The notes under the pieces are model-generated. The model had not been told where the DNA came from and searched no databases. It worked only from the letters and a program-made list of their open reading frames with translations. A stretch of DNA of 64,000 nucleotides from positions 99,615 through 163,614 of the forward strand of contig JAYFQE010000002.1 in assembly GCA_034927345.1 (NCBI GenBank), read 5' to 3'. The stretch comes from Clostridiaceae bacterium (GTDB taxonomy: Bacteria; Bacillota; Clostridia; Saccharofermentanales; UBA5734). Shown here in pieces: positions 39,622 through 48,419 of the stretch. Position numbers and translations under genes: made by a program. Each line of letters opens with the position of its first letter. The stretch's first letter is position 1.

Positions 39622-40629
39622 ATGAACGACACAGATGACAGAAAACTGATAACCATCATGACGCCCTGCTATAATGAGGCGGAAAATGTTAAGCCTCTGT
39701 TCCAGAGCGTTGCCCGGATCATGGCGGAACAACTGCCGGAATACCGCTGGGAGCATCTCTTCATTGACAATTGTTCAACCGATCACACTGTGGACATCCT
39801 GAAGGGTATGGCTGCCGATGATCCTCGCATCAAGATTATTGTCAATGCCCGCAACTTCGGCCACATCCGCTCGCCCTATTATGGCTTGCTCCAGAGCCGC
39901 GGGGACGCGGTCATCAGTATGGCCGCAGATTTCCAGGAACCGCCGGATATGATTCCCCGATTTGTCCGGAAATGGGAAGAAGGGAACAAAGTCGTTGTCG
40001 CCGTAAAGAAGACATCCAAAGAAAACCGGATCCTCTACGGCATCCGTTCGCTCTATTACAAATTTGTCCGTTCGATTTCGGATGTCGAGCTGATCGACAA
40101 CTACACCGGGTTTGGCCTGTATGATCAGCGGATTATTGAGGAAATGCGTAAATTGGATGATCCCTATCCCTACATCCGGGGCCTGATCTGTGAAATCGGC
40201 TTCAAACATACTACAATCGAATTCGACCAGCCGAAACGGATTCGCGGCATTACGAAAAACAACTTCTACACCTTATATGACATGGCCATGCTGGGTATCA
40301 CCAGCCATTCAAAGCTGCCTTTGCGTCTGGCCACCATGGTGGGTTTTATCCTCTCCGCCCTGAGTCTTCTGGTGGCCGTGGTTTATTTGATTCTCAAGCT
40401 GGTTATGTGGCAGAACATGCCCATGGGAACGGCGCCGATCCTGATCGGCGTGTTTTTCTTCTCGGCCGTGCAGCTTTTTTTTATCGGCATTCTCGGCGAG
40501 TATATTCTGATCATTCTGACCCAGGTGCAGCATCGGCCTTTGGTCGTCGAAGCGGAACGCGTTAATTTTCCCCCGGATCATTCCACGGTACAGGATCCTG
40601 AAACGGAGCATTATCATGGTGACACGTGA
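39622..40629 (+). CDS. GT2 polyprenyl-phosphate glycosyltransferase (GtrB/ArnC type)
   Basis: N-terminal GT-A domain (ITIMTPCYNEAENV, FIDNCSTD, MAADFQEPP) plus two C-terminal TM helices (LATMVGFILSALSLLVAVVYLIL, APILIGVFFFSAVQLFFIGILGEY). Confidence 0.85.
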   Translation: MNDTDDRKLITIMTPCYNEAENVKPLFQSVARIMAEQLPEYRWEHLFIDNCSTDHTVDILKGMAADDPRIKIIVNARNFGHIRSPYYGLLQSRGDAVISMAADFQEPPDMIPRFVRKWEEGNKVVVAVKKTSKENRILYGIRSLYYKFVRSISDVELIDNYTGFGLYDQRIIEEMRKLDDPYPYIRGLICEIGFKHTTIEFDQPKRIRGITKNNFYTLYDMAMLGITSHSKLPLRLATMVGFILSALSLLVAVVYLILKLVMWQNMPMGTAPILIGVFFFSAVQLFFIGILGEYILIILTQVQHRPLVVEAERVNFPPDHSTVQDPETEHYHGDT

Positions 40630-41959
40630 ACAAATTCTGAATATGGTTGAACAGTATTATCATGAGCAAAACGAAGAGGCACACGTTTTCCAGCCGGGTG
40701 AACGCGTTAATTACGGCGGCAGATTCTACGACGCGTCGGAGATGCGCGCGCTTGTTGACGCGTCGCTGGATTTCTGGCTGACCAACGGCCGTTATGTCGC
40801 GCAGTTCGAAACATCGCTGGCCCGGTTTTTGGGCGTCAAGCATTGCCTGACGGTCAATTCCGGGTCCTCGGCCAATCTGCTGGCTTTCATGACCCTGACC
40901 TCGGCCAGGCTGGGCGCCCGGCAGATAAGGCCGGGCGACGAAGTGATCACTGTGGCCGCCGCCTTTCCGACAACCGTGGCGCCGATTATCCAATACGGCG
41001 CGATTCCGGTTTTTATCGATATCGGGCTGCCGTCCTATAACATCAATCCTGACCTGCTCGAACAAGCCTTTTCAACGAAAACAAAGGCCGTCATGGTTGC
41101 TCATACTTTGGGTAATCCGTTCAATATTGAGGCTGTCACGAAATTCTGCGCCCGGCATCAGCTGTGGCTGATCGAAGATAATTGCGACGCGTTAGGTTCG
41201 CAATACAGCCTGGACGGCCGGATCCGCTATACCGGAACTTTCGGCGACATCGGGACTTCCAGCTTTTATCCGCCGCATCATATAACCATGGGCGAAGGCG
41301 GAGCGGTTTACACCGAAAATGACGAGCTGCACCGGATCGCCCTGTCCTTAAGGGATTGGGGACGCGACTGCTGGTGCCCGTCCGGTAAAGACAATACCTG
41401 CCGGCATCGTTTTGACCGGCAATATGGTGAACTCCCTCTCGGATACGATCATAAATATGTTTATTCACATTTTGGCTATAATCTGAAAATAACCGAAATG
41501 CAGGCGGCAATCGGCTGCGAGCAATTGAAGAAATTGCCGCGGATCATCAAAGCCAGGCAAGAGAACTGGGCTTTCCTGCGTTCGGGGTTAGCCGGACACA
41601 AGGACGACCTGATCTTGCCGGAACCAGAACAGAACGCTATTCCCAGCTGGTTTGGCTTCTTGATGACTGTCCGCGATACGGCGGGCTTTACACGCGATGA
41701 ACTGGTCCAATGGCTGGAAAAGCACAATGTGCAGACCCGTATGCTCTTTGCCGGCAATCTGACCAAACACCCCTGTTTTGATCAGCTTAAAGCTGAACGG
41801 CGGGGTTTCCGGATCGTCGGTTCCTTAGAGCGTACGGATGAAGTGATGGCAAGCGCCTTCTGGATCGGCGTCTATCCGGGGATGGATGATGAGAAATTGG
41901 CTTATATGGCCAAACTGATCGATCAGTTTATCACTGAGCGCAAGGGGATGAAAACATGA
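40616..41959 (+). CDS. rfbH: CDP-6-deoxy-L-threo-D-glycero-4-hexulose-3-dehydrase (E1, RfbH/DdhC)
   Basis: DegT-fold protein with His-His (41276-41281, FYPPHHITMGEGG) where aminotransferases carry the Schiff-base Lys. Cys pattern C190...C252-x-C254-x7-C262 (DCWCPSGKDNTC, 41369-41401) matches the E1 [2Fe-2S] motif. Confidence 0.9.
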   Translation: MVTREQILNMVEQYYHEQNEEAHVFQPGERVNYGGRFYDASEMRALVDASLDFWLTNGRYVAQFETSLARFLGVKHCLTVNSGSSANLLAFMTLTSARLGARQIRPGDEVITVAAAFPTTVAPIIQYGAIPVFIDIGLPSYNINPDLLEQAFSTKTKAVMVAHTLGNPFNIEAVTKFCARHQLWLIEDNCDALGSQYSLDGRIRYTGTFGDIGTSSFYPPHHITMGEGGAVYTENDELHRIALSLRDWGRDCWCPSGKDNTCRHRFDRQYGELPLGYDHKYVYSHFGYNLKITEMQAAIGCEQLKKLPRIIKARQENWAFLRSGLAGHKDDLILPEPEQNAIPSWFGFLMTVRDTAGFTRDELVQWLEKHNVQTRMLFAGNLTKHPCFDQLKAERRGFRIVGSLERTDEVMASAFWIGVYPGMDDEKLAYMAKLIDQFITERKGMKT

Positions 41960-42729
41960 AGACAGTCATTCTGGCCGGCGGGTTCGGCACACGGATCAGC
42001 GAGGAATCGCATTTGAAGCCTAAACCGATGGTAGAAATCGGCGACAATCCCATCCTTTGGCATATCATGAAAATATACTCGTCCTATGGTTTTAATGATT
42101 TCATCATTTGCTGCGGATATAAGGGCTTTGTCATTAAATCGTATTTTGCCGATTACTATCTGCATATGTCGGATATTACTTTCGATTTTTCCAGAGAAAA
42201 CAAGATGGAGATCCATAGCAATGTCGCCGAACCCTGGCGGGTCACACTGGTTGATACCGGATTGAAAACCATGACCGGCGGCCGCATCAAACGCATCCAA
42301 TCCTATATCGGAGACGAACCGTTTTTCTTGACTTATGGCGACGGTGTGGCCGACGTCGATATACCGGCTTTGCTTGAACAACACCGGCTGAGCCGGAAAA
42401 CTGTTACGCTGACCGCTGTTCAGCCGGACGGACGCTTCGGGGCTCTGGATATCGATGAGGATCATTCAGTTCGTAGTTTTATAGAAAAACCGCGCGGCGA
42501 CAGCGCCTGGATCAACGGCGGATTCATGGTGATGAATCCAGATGTTTTTAGTTATATCAAGGGCGACAACACAATATTTGAACAGGAATCCCTGAGACAG
42601 TTGGCTATCGACCAAAAACTCGGCGCTTACGAACATAAAGGCTTCTGGATGCCGATGGATACCATGCGGGATAAAAATCGTCTGGACGAATTGTGGAATA
42701 CAGGGAAAGCACCCTGGAAAAGGTGGTAA
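41956..42729 (+). CDS. rfbF: glucose-1-phosphate cytidylyltransferase
   Basis: MKTVILAGGFGTRISEES N-terminus. 257 aa. Overlaps the rfbH stop (ATGA). Confidence 0.92.
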   Translation: MKTVILAGGFGTRISEESHLKPKPMVEIGDNPILWHIMKIYSSYGFNDFIICCGYKGFVIKSYFADYYLHMSDITFDFSRENKMEIHSNVAEPWRVTLVDTGLKTMTGGRIKRIQSYIGDEPFFLTYGDGVADVDIPALLEQHRLSRKTVTLTAVQPDGRFGALDIDEDHSVRSFIEKPRGDSAWINGGFMVMNPDVFSYIKGDNTIFEQESLRQLAIDQKLGAYEHKGFWMPMDTMRDKNRLDELWNTGKAPWKRW

Positions 42730-42731
42730 TC

Positions 42732-43838
42732 ATGTCGTCATTTACGGATGTTGATCCGGCATTCTGGTCTGGAAAATCAGTTTTCCTGACCGGCGAATCC
42801 GGCTTTAAAGGTTCCTGGCTGTCCCTTTGGCTCAGCAGTCTGGGCGCCGGGGTGACCGGGTATGCGCTGGAACCGCCGACTGTGCCGTCGCTGTACGCGC
42901 TGGCCCGCGTGGACCGGCTGGTCGATTCTGTTCGGGGCGACATCCGGGATGAAGCCAGGCTGATCCGGAGCATGCAGCAGGCCGCTCCGGAGATCGTTGT
43001 GCACATGGCGGCCCAACCCCTGGTCCGCCGGTCATATGCCGATCCGGCCGGGACTTATGAAACCAATGTCATGGGAACCGTTCATGTTCTCGAAGCCGTC
43101 CGGCAGACACCTTCCGTTCGGGCGGTTGTCATCATCACAACCGACAAGTGTTATGAAAATAAAGAATGGGTCTGGAGCTACCGTGAAGATGAGCCGATGG
43201 GCGGTTATGATCCCTATTCCAGCAGCAAAGGCTGCGCTGAACTCGTTGTTTCCGCTTACCGGCGTTCCTTTTTCAATCCGGCAGATTATCAGAAACACGG
43301 GGTTGCCATCGCAACCGCCCGGGCCGGCAATGTCATCGGCGGCGGGGATTGGGCGCAGGATCGTCTGGTGCCGGATATCATCCGTTCACTCGAACAGGGG
43401 CAAGCCGTGGAGATCCGCAATCCTCATGCCACGCGGCCCTGGCAATTTGTCCTCGAGCCCCTGAGCGGATACTTGATCCTGGCGCAAAAGCTTTACTTGA
43501 ATGGTCCGGAATATAGCGGAGGCTGGAATTTCGGTCCGCGTGATGAAGACGCCCGGGAAGTTCTGACGATCGTCAGGGAGTTATGCCGTTTATGGGGCGG
43601 TAAGGCTTCTTACTTTTTATCACAGGGCGACCATCCGCATGAAGCTTCTTATTTGAAACTCGATATCTCCAAAGCGGCCATAAAACTGGGTTGGAAACCG
43701 GCATGGCATCTGGACGAGACTTTGGCGGCTATCGTCGCCTGGCAGCGCGGTTACAATGCCGGCGCAGATATGCAGGAAATCTGTCTGAATCAAATCTGCC
43801 AATATCAGAAAGCACGAGAGAACATGCAACATGACTGA
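42732..43838 (+). CDS. rfbG: CDP-glucose 4,6-dehydratase
   Basis: VFLTGESGFKGSWLSLWL Rossmann motif and the YSSSKGCAE catalytic YxxxK. AAAAGGTGG RBS before the ATG at 42732. Confidence 0.92.
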   Translation: MSSFTDVDPAFWSGKSVFLTGESGFKGSWLSLWLSSLGAGVTGYALEPPTVPSLYALARVDRLVDSVRGDIRDEARLIRSMQQAAPEIVVHMAAQPLVRRSYADPAGTYETNVMGTVHVLEAVRQTPSVRAVVIITTDKCYENKEWVWSYREDEPMGGYDPYSSSKGCAELVVSAYRRSFFNPADYQKHGVAIATARAGNVIGGGDWAQDRLVPDIIRSLEQGQAVEIRNPHATRPWQFVLEPLSGYLILAQKLYLNGPEYSGGWNFGPRDEDAREVLTIVRELCRLWGGKASYFLSQGDHPHEASYLKLDISKAAIKLGWKPAWHLDETLAAIVAWQRGYNAGADMQEICLNQICQYQKARENMQHD

Positions 43839-44280
43839 GCGAATTCAAAACAGCCGCATTTATCAGACCCTGACCGGGAAATTCCCCTGGATGGCCCAAT
43901 TCATTCGTTTCGGCTTTGTCGGTGTCAGCAATACTTTGATCGGCCTGGCCGTTTACTACTTGCTGGCCGGATTATTCTCCATGGACATCCAATTATCCAA
44001 TGCGATTTCCTTCGTCGTCAGCGTATTGAACGCTTATATCTGGAATACCGTCTGGGTTTTTAAAAAGCAACAGGACCCTTCCCGAAAGAGCATCCGTACG
44101 CCGCTTAAGTTCTTCATATCATATGGCACAACTTATTTATTAAGCGCGGTTTTACTGTGGCTCTGGACCGATGTTTTAGGTATCAGCAAATTTCTGGCTC
44201 CGCTTATTTCGCTTCTGATAACGGTGCCGGTTAATTTTTTGCTGAATAAATTCTGGACTTTTAAAGCGGTGAGGAACTAA
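43831..44280 (+). CDS. GtrA family membrane protein (putative lipid-linked sugar translocase)
   Basis: 149 aa with 4 TM helices. FIRFGFVGVSNTLIGLAVYY and the C-terminal NFLLNKFWTFK are GtrA hallmarks. Confidence 0.8.
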   Translation: MTERIQNSRIYQTLTGKFPWMAQFIRFGFVGVSNTLIGLAVYYLLAGLFSMDIQLSNAISFVVSVLNAYIWNTVWVFKKQQDPSRKSIRTPLKFFISYGTTYLLSAVLLWLWTDVLGISKFLAPLISLLITVPVNFLLNKFWTFKAVRN

Positions 44281-44282
44281 GC

Positions 44283-45815
44283 ATGGTGAGAATTCGCATA
44301 GATTTAATCAAAGTATTTTCCTATATGGCGCTCACAATTCCGGTTATCATCTTTATCGCCGGCTGGCTGAAACTGGTGATTGCCATTCCTGCTATCCTGG
44401 TGATCCTGGTCGCCTTTTATGCTGTGGCGCAGGACATCATCAAACAAAATGCCGCGAGTCTTAACGATAATATCCTGATCATCAGCAGAAAAAGCCTTGC
44501 ATTTATCATTGTCACGATTCTGATCTGGTGCTGGTTAGGCGGACAGGGGGGATTTTTCTACCAAACTGACGATTACAATTGCCGAAATGCCATCTTCCGC
44601 GACCTGATCAATTTAGATTGGCCTGTCGTGTACAGCAGCACTCAGGCATCGCTGGTATATTATATTGCCTATTGGCTGGTACCCGCTCTATTTGGCAAAG
44701 TTTTCGGTCTCCTGTTCGGCGCCGGCCCAGCCTGGTTGTTTGCCAATATCATGATGTTGATCTGGTCTTGTAGTCTGGTTTTTTTCATCACCATCCTTTT
44801 GCTGTTTTATGTCAAAGCGCAGTCTTTTCGCAGAATATTCTTATCCATGCTGGTATTGGTTTTTTTTAGCGGCATGGATATCATTGGCGTCCTGCTTTAT
44901 AACAACATCAATTTTTCCAGCCTGCCCGGACATCTGGAATGGTGGTCCGGCATTTATCAATATAGCGCCAATACGACTCAGTTGTTTTGGGTTTTTAATC
45001 AATCGATACCGGCTTGGCTTGGTGTTGTCCTGCTCCTGAATGAAAAGACTGTTAAAAATTACGCTTATCTGGGATTTACATTGCTGGCCTTTTCGCCGCT
45101 GCCTTTTGTGGGTTTCGTGCCGTTTTTTATCATTTTGGCAGCGCGCTGCCTGACTAAAGCTATCCAGGAACACCGGCTCGAACGTTTCATCCGGCAAATT
45201 CTCAGCGTACAAAACATTGCCGCATTTCTGGTTATTCTGCCGTTGTATTACCTTTATTATAAGAGCAATATATCCGTAACCAATAATGGATTTCGATTTG
45301 ATATCGGTATCAGTAAATATGGGTTTGACTGGAGTATCGTGCGGTTGATTCTTTTTTATCTTCTGGAATTCGGCATCCTTGCGGCTATTCTCTATAACAA
45401 CCAACACAAGAGTGTTTTTTACGGAATATCTGTTTTCTCACTCTGTCTGACCGGCCTCTTCCGGATCGGAGGCGGGTACGATTTTACAATGCGGGCATCG
45501 ATTCCAGCACTGATGGTTCTGATGATCCTGGCTTTGCAGGAACTGCTCGCCGGTATCCGGATTGAAAAGAGCGGCAGGCAGCAATGGTTGTGCCTGAACA
45601 AGACCGTTCTGTCTTTAATCATCATTTTAATCCTCGGCACTTGTACGCCTGTTATCCAGTTTGCCAAAGGCTTCCACCAGGTTCTGGACAATAATAAAAT
45701 TGCATTGGTTGCCGATAATGTTGGAACCTTCGCCAATAAGCCGATCGATCAATACAGAAATTTTTTAGCTGCCAATTATACTCAAACTCTTTTCTTTAAA
45801 TATCTGGCCAAATAG
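44283..45815 (+). CDS. polytopic membrane protein, candidate GT-C-type glycosyltransferase (GtrC-like role; Wzy-like alternative)
   Basis: 510 aa with at least 10 hydrophobic helices. An acidic DD pair lies in the first predicted outer loop (FFYQTDDYNCRN). Sits directly after GtrA. Visibly lower GC than the preceding genes. Confidence 0.55.
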   Translation: MVRIRIDLIKVFSYMALTIPVIIFIAGWLKLVIAIPAILVILVAFYAVAQDIIKQNAASLNDNILIISRKSLAFIIVTILIWCWLGGQGGFFYQTDDYNCRNAIFRDLINLDWPVVYSSTQASLVYYIAYWLVPALFGKVFGLLFGAGPAWLFANIMMLIWSCSLVFFITILLLFYVKAQSFRRIFLSMLVLVFFSGMDIIGVLLYNNINFSSLPGHLEWWSGIYQYSANTTQLFWVFNQSIPAWLGVVLLLNEKTVKNYAYLGFTLLAFSPLPFVGFVPFFIILAARCLTKAIQEHRLERFIRQILSVQNIAAFLVILPLYYLYYKSNISVTNNGFRFDIGISKYGFDWSIVRLILFYLLEFGILAAILYNNQHKSVFYGISVFSLCLTGLFRIGGGYDFTMRASIPALMVLMILALQELLAGIRIEKSGRQQWLCLNKTVLSLIIILILGTCTPVIQFAKGFHQVLDNNKIALVADNVGTFANKPIDQYRNFLAANYTQTLFFKYLAK

Positions 45816-45825
45816 GTTTGATTGA

Positions 45826-45854
45826 TTGACACACAATATATGAAAGCTTATAAT
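45826..45854 (+). promoter_or_regulatory. perfect-consensus sigma-A promoter for the M-box leader
   Basis: TTGACA (45826-45831), 17-nt spacer, TATAAT (45849-45854). Confidence 0.65.
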
Positions 45855-45879
45855 CAATTTGCTGCAGAAACCATCTGCT

Positions 45880-46050
45880 ACCCATTGTTAGGTGAGGCTT
45901 CTGTGTGAATAAATGCTGCTACCCGGAAACGTCGAGAGACGCCAATGGGTTAACAGGTTTTGCCGGATTAAGGCTTAATCTAATGCAGCTGGAGCGGTGC
46001 GAGCCGAAGCCAAAGTCACACAGTGCCAAAGCTCAATCAGGACGGGTTGG
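45880..46050 (+). promoter_or_regulatory. M-box (ykoK leader) Mg2+ riboswitch aptamer
   Basis: Strong match to conserved M-box segments: GTTAGGTGAGGCTTCTGTG, GCTGCTACCC, GAGAGACGCCAATGGGTTAACAG, TAATGCAGCTGGAG, CACAGTGCCAAAGCTCAATCAGG. corA lies downstream. Confidence 0.88.
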
Positions 46051-46096
46051 CCGCGATATTGGCCCAGGCTGATATTATGAACCCTGCTGATATGAG

Positions 46097-46127
46097 CCCG
46101 CCGGGATATGGGATCCGACGGGTTTTT
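46097..46127 (+). terminator. candidate riboswitch expression-platform terminator
   Basis: Imperfect stem CCCGCCGGG / CCGACGGG (one mismatch) followed by TTTTT, located between the aptamer and the corA RBS. Confidence 0.5.
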
Positions 46128-46191
46128 CTACGTTAGTAAGCCGGCTGAGCCTGCAGTTATAATGCGCCGGTTCGAGAGAGGAGGGTTGGTC

Positions 46192-47169
46192 ATGCTTGAA
46201 ATATTCAACACGCGCATGAAAGAAATCAATGGACGGATGGTGAGTGAACTTGAACGATTGGACCAGATCGTCCCGGAATGCTGGATCAATCTCTCGTCTC
46301 CCACCGAAGACGAACTGCTGCAAGTTGAAGAAGCGCTCACTCTGCCGCCGGAATTCCTCCGCTATCCTTTGGACGAAGAAGAACGTCCGCGTATCGATAT
46401 AGACGATGAGACGGATCACCTCCTGATCATCGCCGACTTCCCGTATCTGCGCCGTGAAGGCACTTATACAAAATACGAAACCCAGCCGGTCGGCATCGTC
46501 CTGGCTAATAAATGTCTGGTTACCGTGTCCCTGCGTGAATCCAGCGTCCTCGAACCCTTTAAAAATAACCGGGTGCGCGACTTCGTCACCGGTTTTCGGA
46601 CCCGTTTCATTTATCAGATCATGTACGCCGGCGCCAAAGAATACTTGAAACTGCTGCGTTTTATGGATAAAACCATTGATGCTGCCGAGCACCAGCTTAA
46701 CAAGTCGATCAATAATAAGGAACTGTTTAAACTGATGGAACTCGGTAAATCACTGATTTACTTTTCCACCTCTCTGAAATCCAACGAATCAGTCCTGGAA
46801 AAGATGATGCGCGGCAAGTTTTTAAAGCAATATGAGGAAGACCGCGATCTCCTGGAAGATGTCATCATCGAATACAAACAGGCTCTGGAAATGGCCAACA
46901 TCTATGCTTCGATCATCAACGGCACGATGGACGCCTACGCTTCGATCATTTCCAACAATTTAAATATGGTTATGAAATTCATGGCGGCGATGACCATCGT
47001 CCTGGCTGTTCCGCAGGTCATAGCCAGCTTTTTCGGACAGAATATCGCTTTTCCATTTAATGGCGCCGATTTTGCCGCCGCGCCGTGGCCATTTATTTTT
47101 ACCCTGGTTATCAGCGTTGTCGCTACGGCGCTGACCGTCTGGTGGCTTAACAAGAAGGATATGTTTTGA
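46192..47169 (+). CDS. corA: CorA-family divalent cation transporter (GQN variant of the GMN motif)
   Basis: Cytoplasmic CorA domain plus two C-terminal TM helices. The signature reads FFGQNIAFPF (GQN at 47035-47043). GAGAGGAGGG RBS before the ATG at 46192. M-box upstream. Confidence 0.85.
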   Translation: MLEIFNTRMKEINGRMVSELERLDQIVPECWINLSSPTEDELLQVEEALTLPPEFLRYPLDEEERPRIDIDDETDHLLIIADFPYLRREGTYTKYETQPVGIVLANKCLVTVSLRESSVLEPFKNNRVRDFVTGFRTRFIYQIMYAGAKEYLKLLRFMDKTIDAAEHQLNKSINNKELFKLMELGKSLIYFSTSLKSNESVLEKMMRGKFLKQYEEDRDLLEDVIIEYKQALEMANIYASIINGTMDAYASIISNNLNMVMKFMAAMTIVLAVPQVIASFFGQNIAFPFNGADFAAAPWPFIFTLVISVVATALTVWWLNKKDMF

Positions 47170-47183
47170 AACCGCTGGCCGGT

Positions 47184-48419
47184 ATGAAAAATTTTGTCTG
47201 GATCAGTCTGGGTAGCGCATCCAACACCCTGACATCCTTATTTTTCCTGATGATTGTCACGCGCACGCTGGGTGTCAATGATGCCGGCATTTTTGCGATT
47301 GCTTTCACGACGGCGCAGATTTTACTGACCGTCGGCCTCTATGGGATCAGAAATTATCAGGTAACCGACTTGAAAGACCAGTTTTCATCTGGCATTTATA
47401 TCGCTTTACGGGTCATGACTTCCGTAATGATGGTTGTGATCGGCTTGATTTTTTGTATTTTAAGCCGTTACGACCTTCTTAAGAGCCAGATCGTACTTAT
47501 ACTCATCCTGTATAAAATGTCTGAGGCCATATCAGACGTTTATTACGGTATATTACAAAAAAAGAACAAGCTCTATATCGTCGGATTTTCCATGACCCTG
47601 CGATCTGTTCTCTCATTGATCTTTTTTTTCATTTATCTGGCATATGTGCCGCAAGCCAACTTGCTGACCGCTTGCCTGGGTTTAATGGTCACCGGATATT
47701 TGCCGATCATCCTGGTTGACATACCCTGTGCCGGCAGGATAGAAAAAACAAGGCCAGTTTTTGATAAAACAGAAATCGGCCGTTTGTTAAGCCTTTGTTT
47801 CCCGATCTTTGTGGTTTCTTTCCTGTCCATTATCGTCGTCAATATACCGAAATATATCATCGACAGCAGCTTATCGGAAGAAGTTCAGACAATCTATAAT
47901 ATCATTGTCATGCCGGGAACATCTATAGCTTTATTCAGCCAGATTATCGTTCAATCGCTTCTGGTGAGAATGGCGGAGAGCATCAATCGGCAAAGCAAAA
48001 CAGATTTCAAAAAACTAATCGGCAGCATTCTTTTGCTCGTTGTATTATTTACCGCCTTGTTTACTGTGTTTTGTGGTTTTTATGGCGAAACGCTGCTTTA
48101 CTTTTTATATAAAATCGATGTCGCGGCATATATTCCATATTTAATCGTCATTGTTGCCGGCGCGATGTTCAGCAGTATCGCCAATGTTTTTTCCGTCGTA
48201 CTGACAGCATTAAGAAAAATGAATATACAGATGTATGTTTATCTGATCTGTCTGGCGTTATCTTTTCCGATTTGTTGGCTGCTCATTCCTCAGTACAGCA
48301 TAGCGGGAGCATCGATATCGTATTTGCTGATCATGTTCATCCAATTTGCGCTTTGTTCGGCGGCATGCTATACCTTATATAGAAAAATGATCAAGAACAG
48401 CGGAGAACCGGTATCATGA
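47184..48419 (+). CDS. Wzx-type (MOP superfamily) polysaccharide/oligosaccharide flippase
   Basis: About 410 aa and about 12 TM helices, in a glycan-locus context. The start is either TTG 47166 (overlapping the corA stop) or ATG 47184. Confidence 0.75.
   Translation: MKNFVWISLGSASNTLTSLFFLMIVTRTLGVNDAGIFAIAFTTAQILLTVGLYGIRNYQVTDLKDQFSSGIYIALRVMTSVMMVVIGLIFCILSRYDLLKSQIVLILILYKMSEAISDVYYGILQKKNKLYIVGFSMTLRSVLSLIFFFIYLAYVPQANLLTACLGLMVTGYLPIILVDIPCAGRIEKTRPVFDKTEIGRLLSLCFPIFVVSFLSIIVVNIPKYIIDSSLSEEVQTIYNIIVMPGTSIALFSQIIVQSLLVRMAESINRQSKTDFKKLIGSILLLVVLFTALFTVFCGFYGETLLYFLYKIDVAAYIPYLIVIVAGAMFSSIANVFSVVLTALRKMNIQMYVYLICLALSFPICWLLIPQYSIAGASISYLLIMFIQFALCSAACYTLYRKMIKNSGEPVS

Noticed and set aside
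42693-42731. ORF-track 5' extension of rfbG (and similar extensions of fba, htpG, purL, gmd, manC, MBL hydrolase, corA and zapA).
   Set aside because: Internal ATGs preceded by good Shine-Dalgarno sequences give N-termini that match the families. The extensions overlap upstream genes, terminators or riboswitch RNA.
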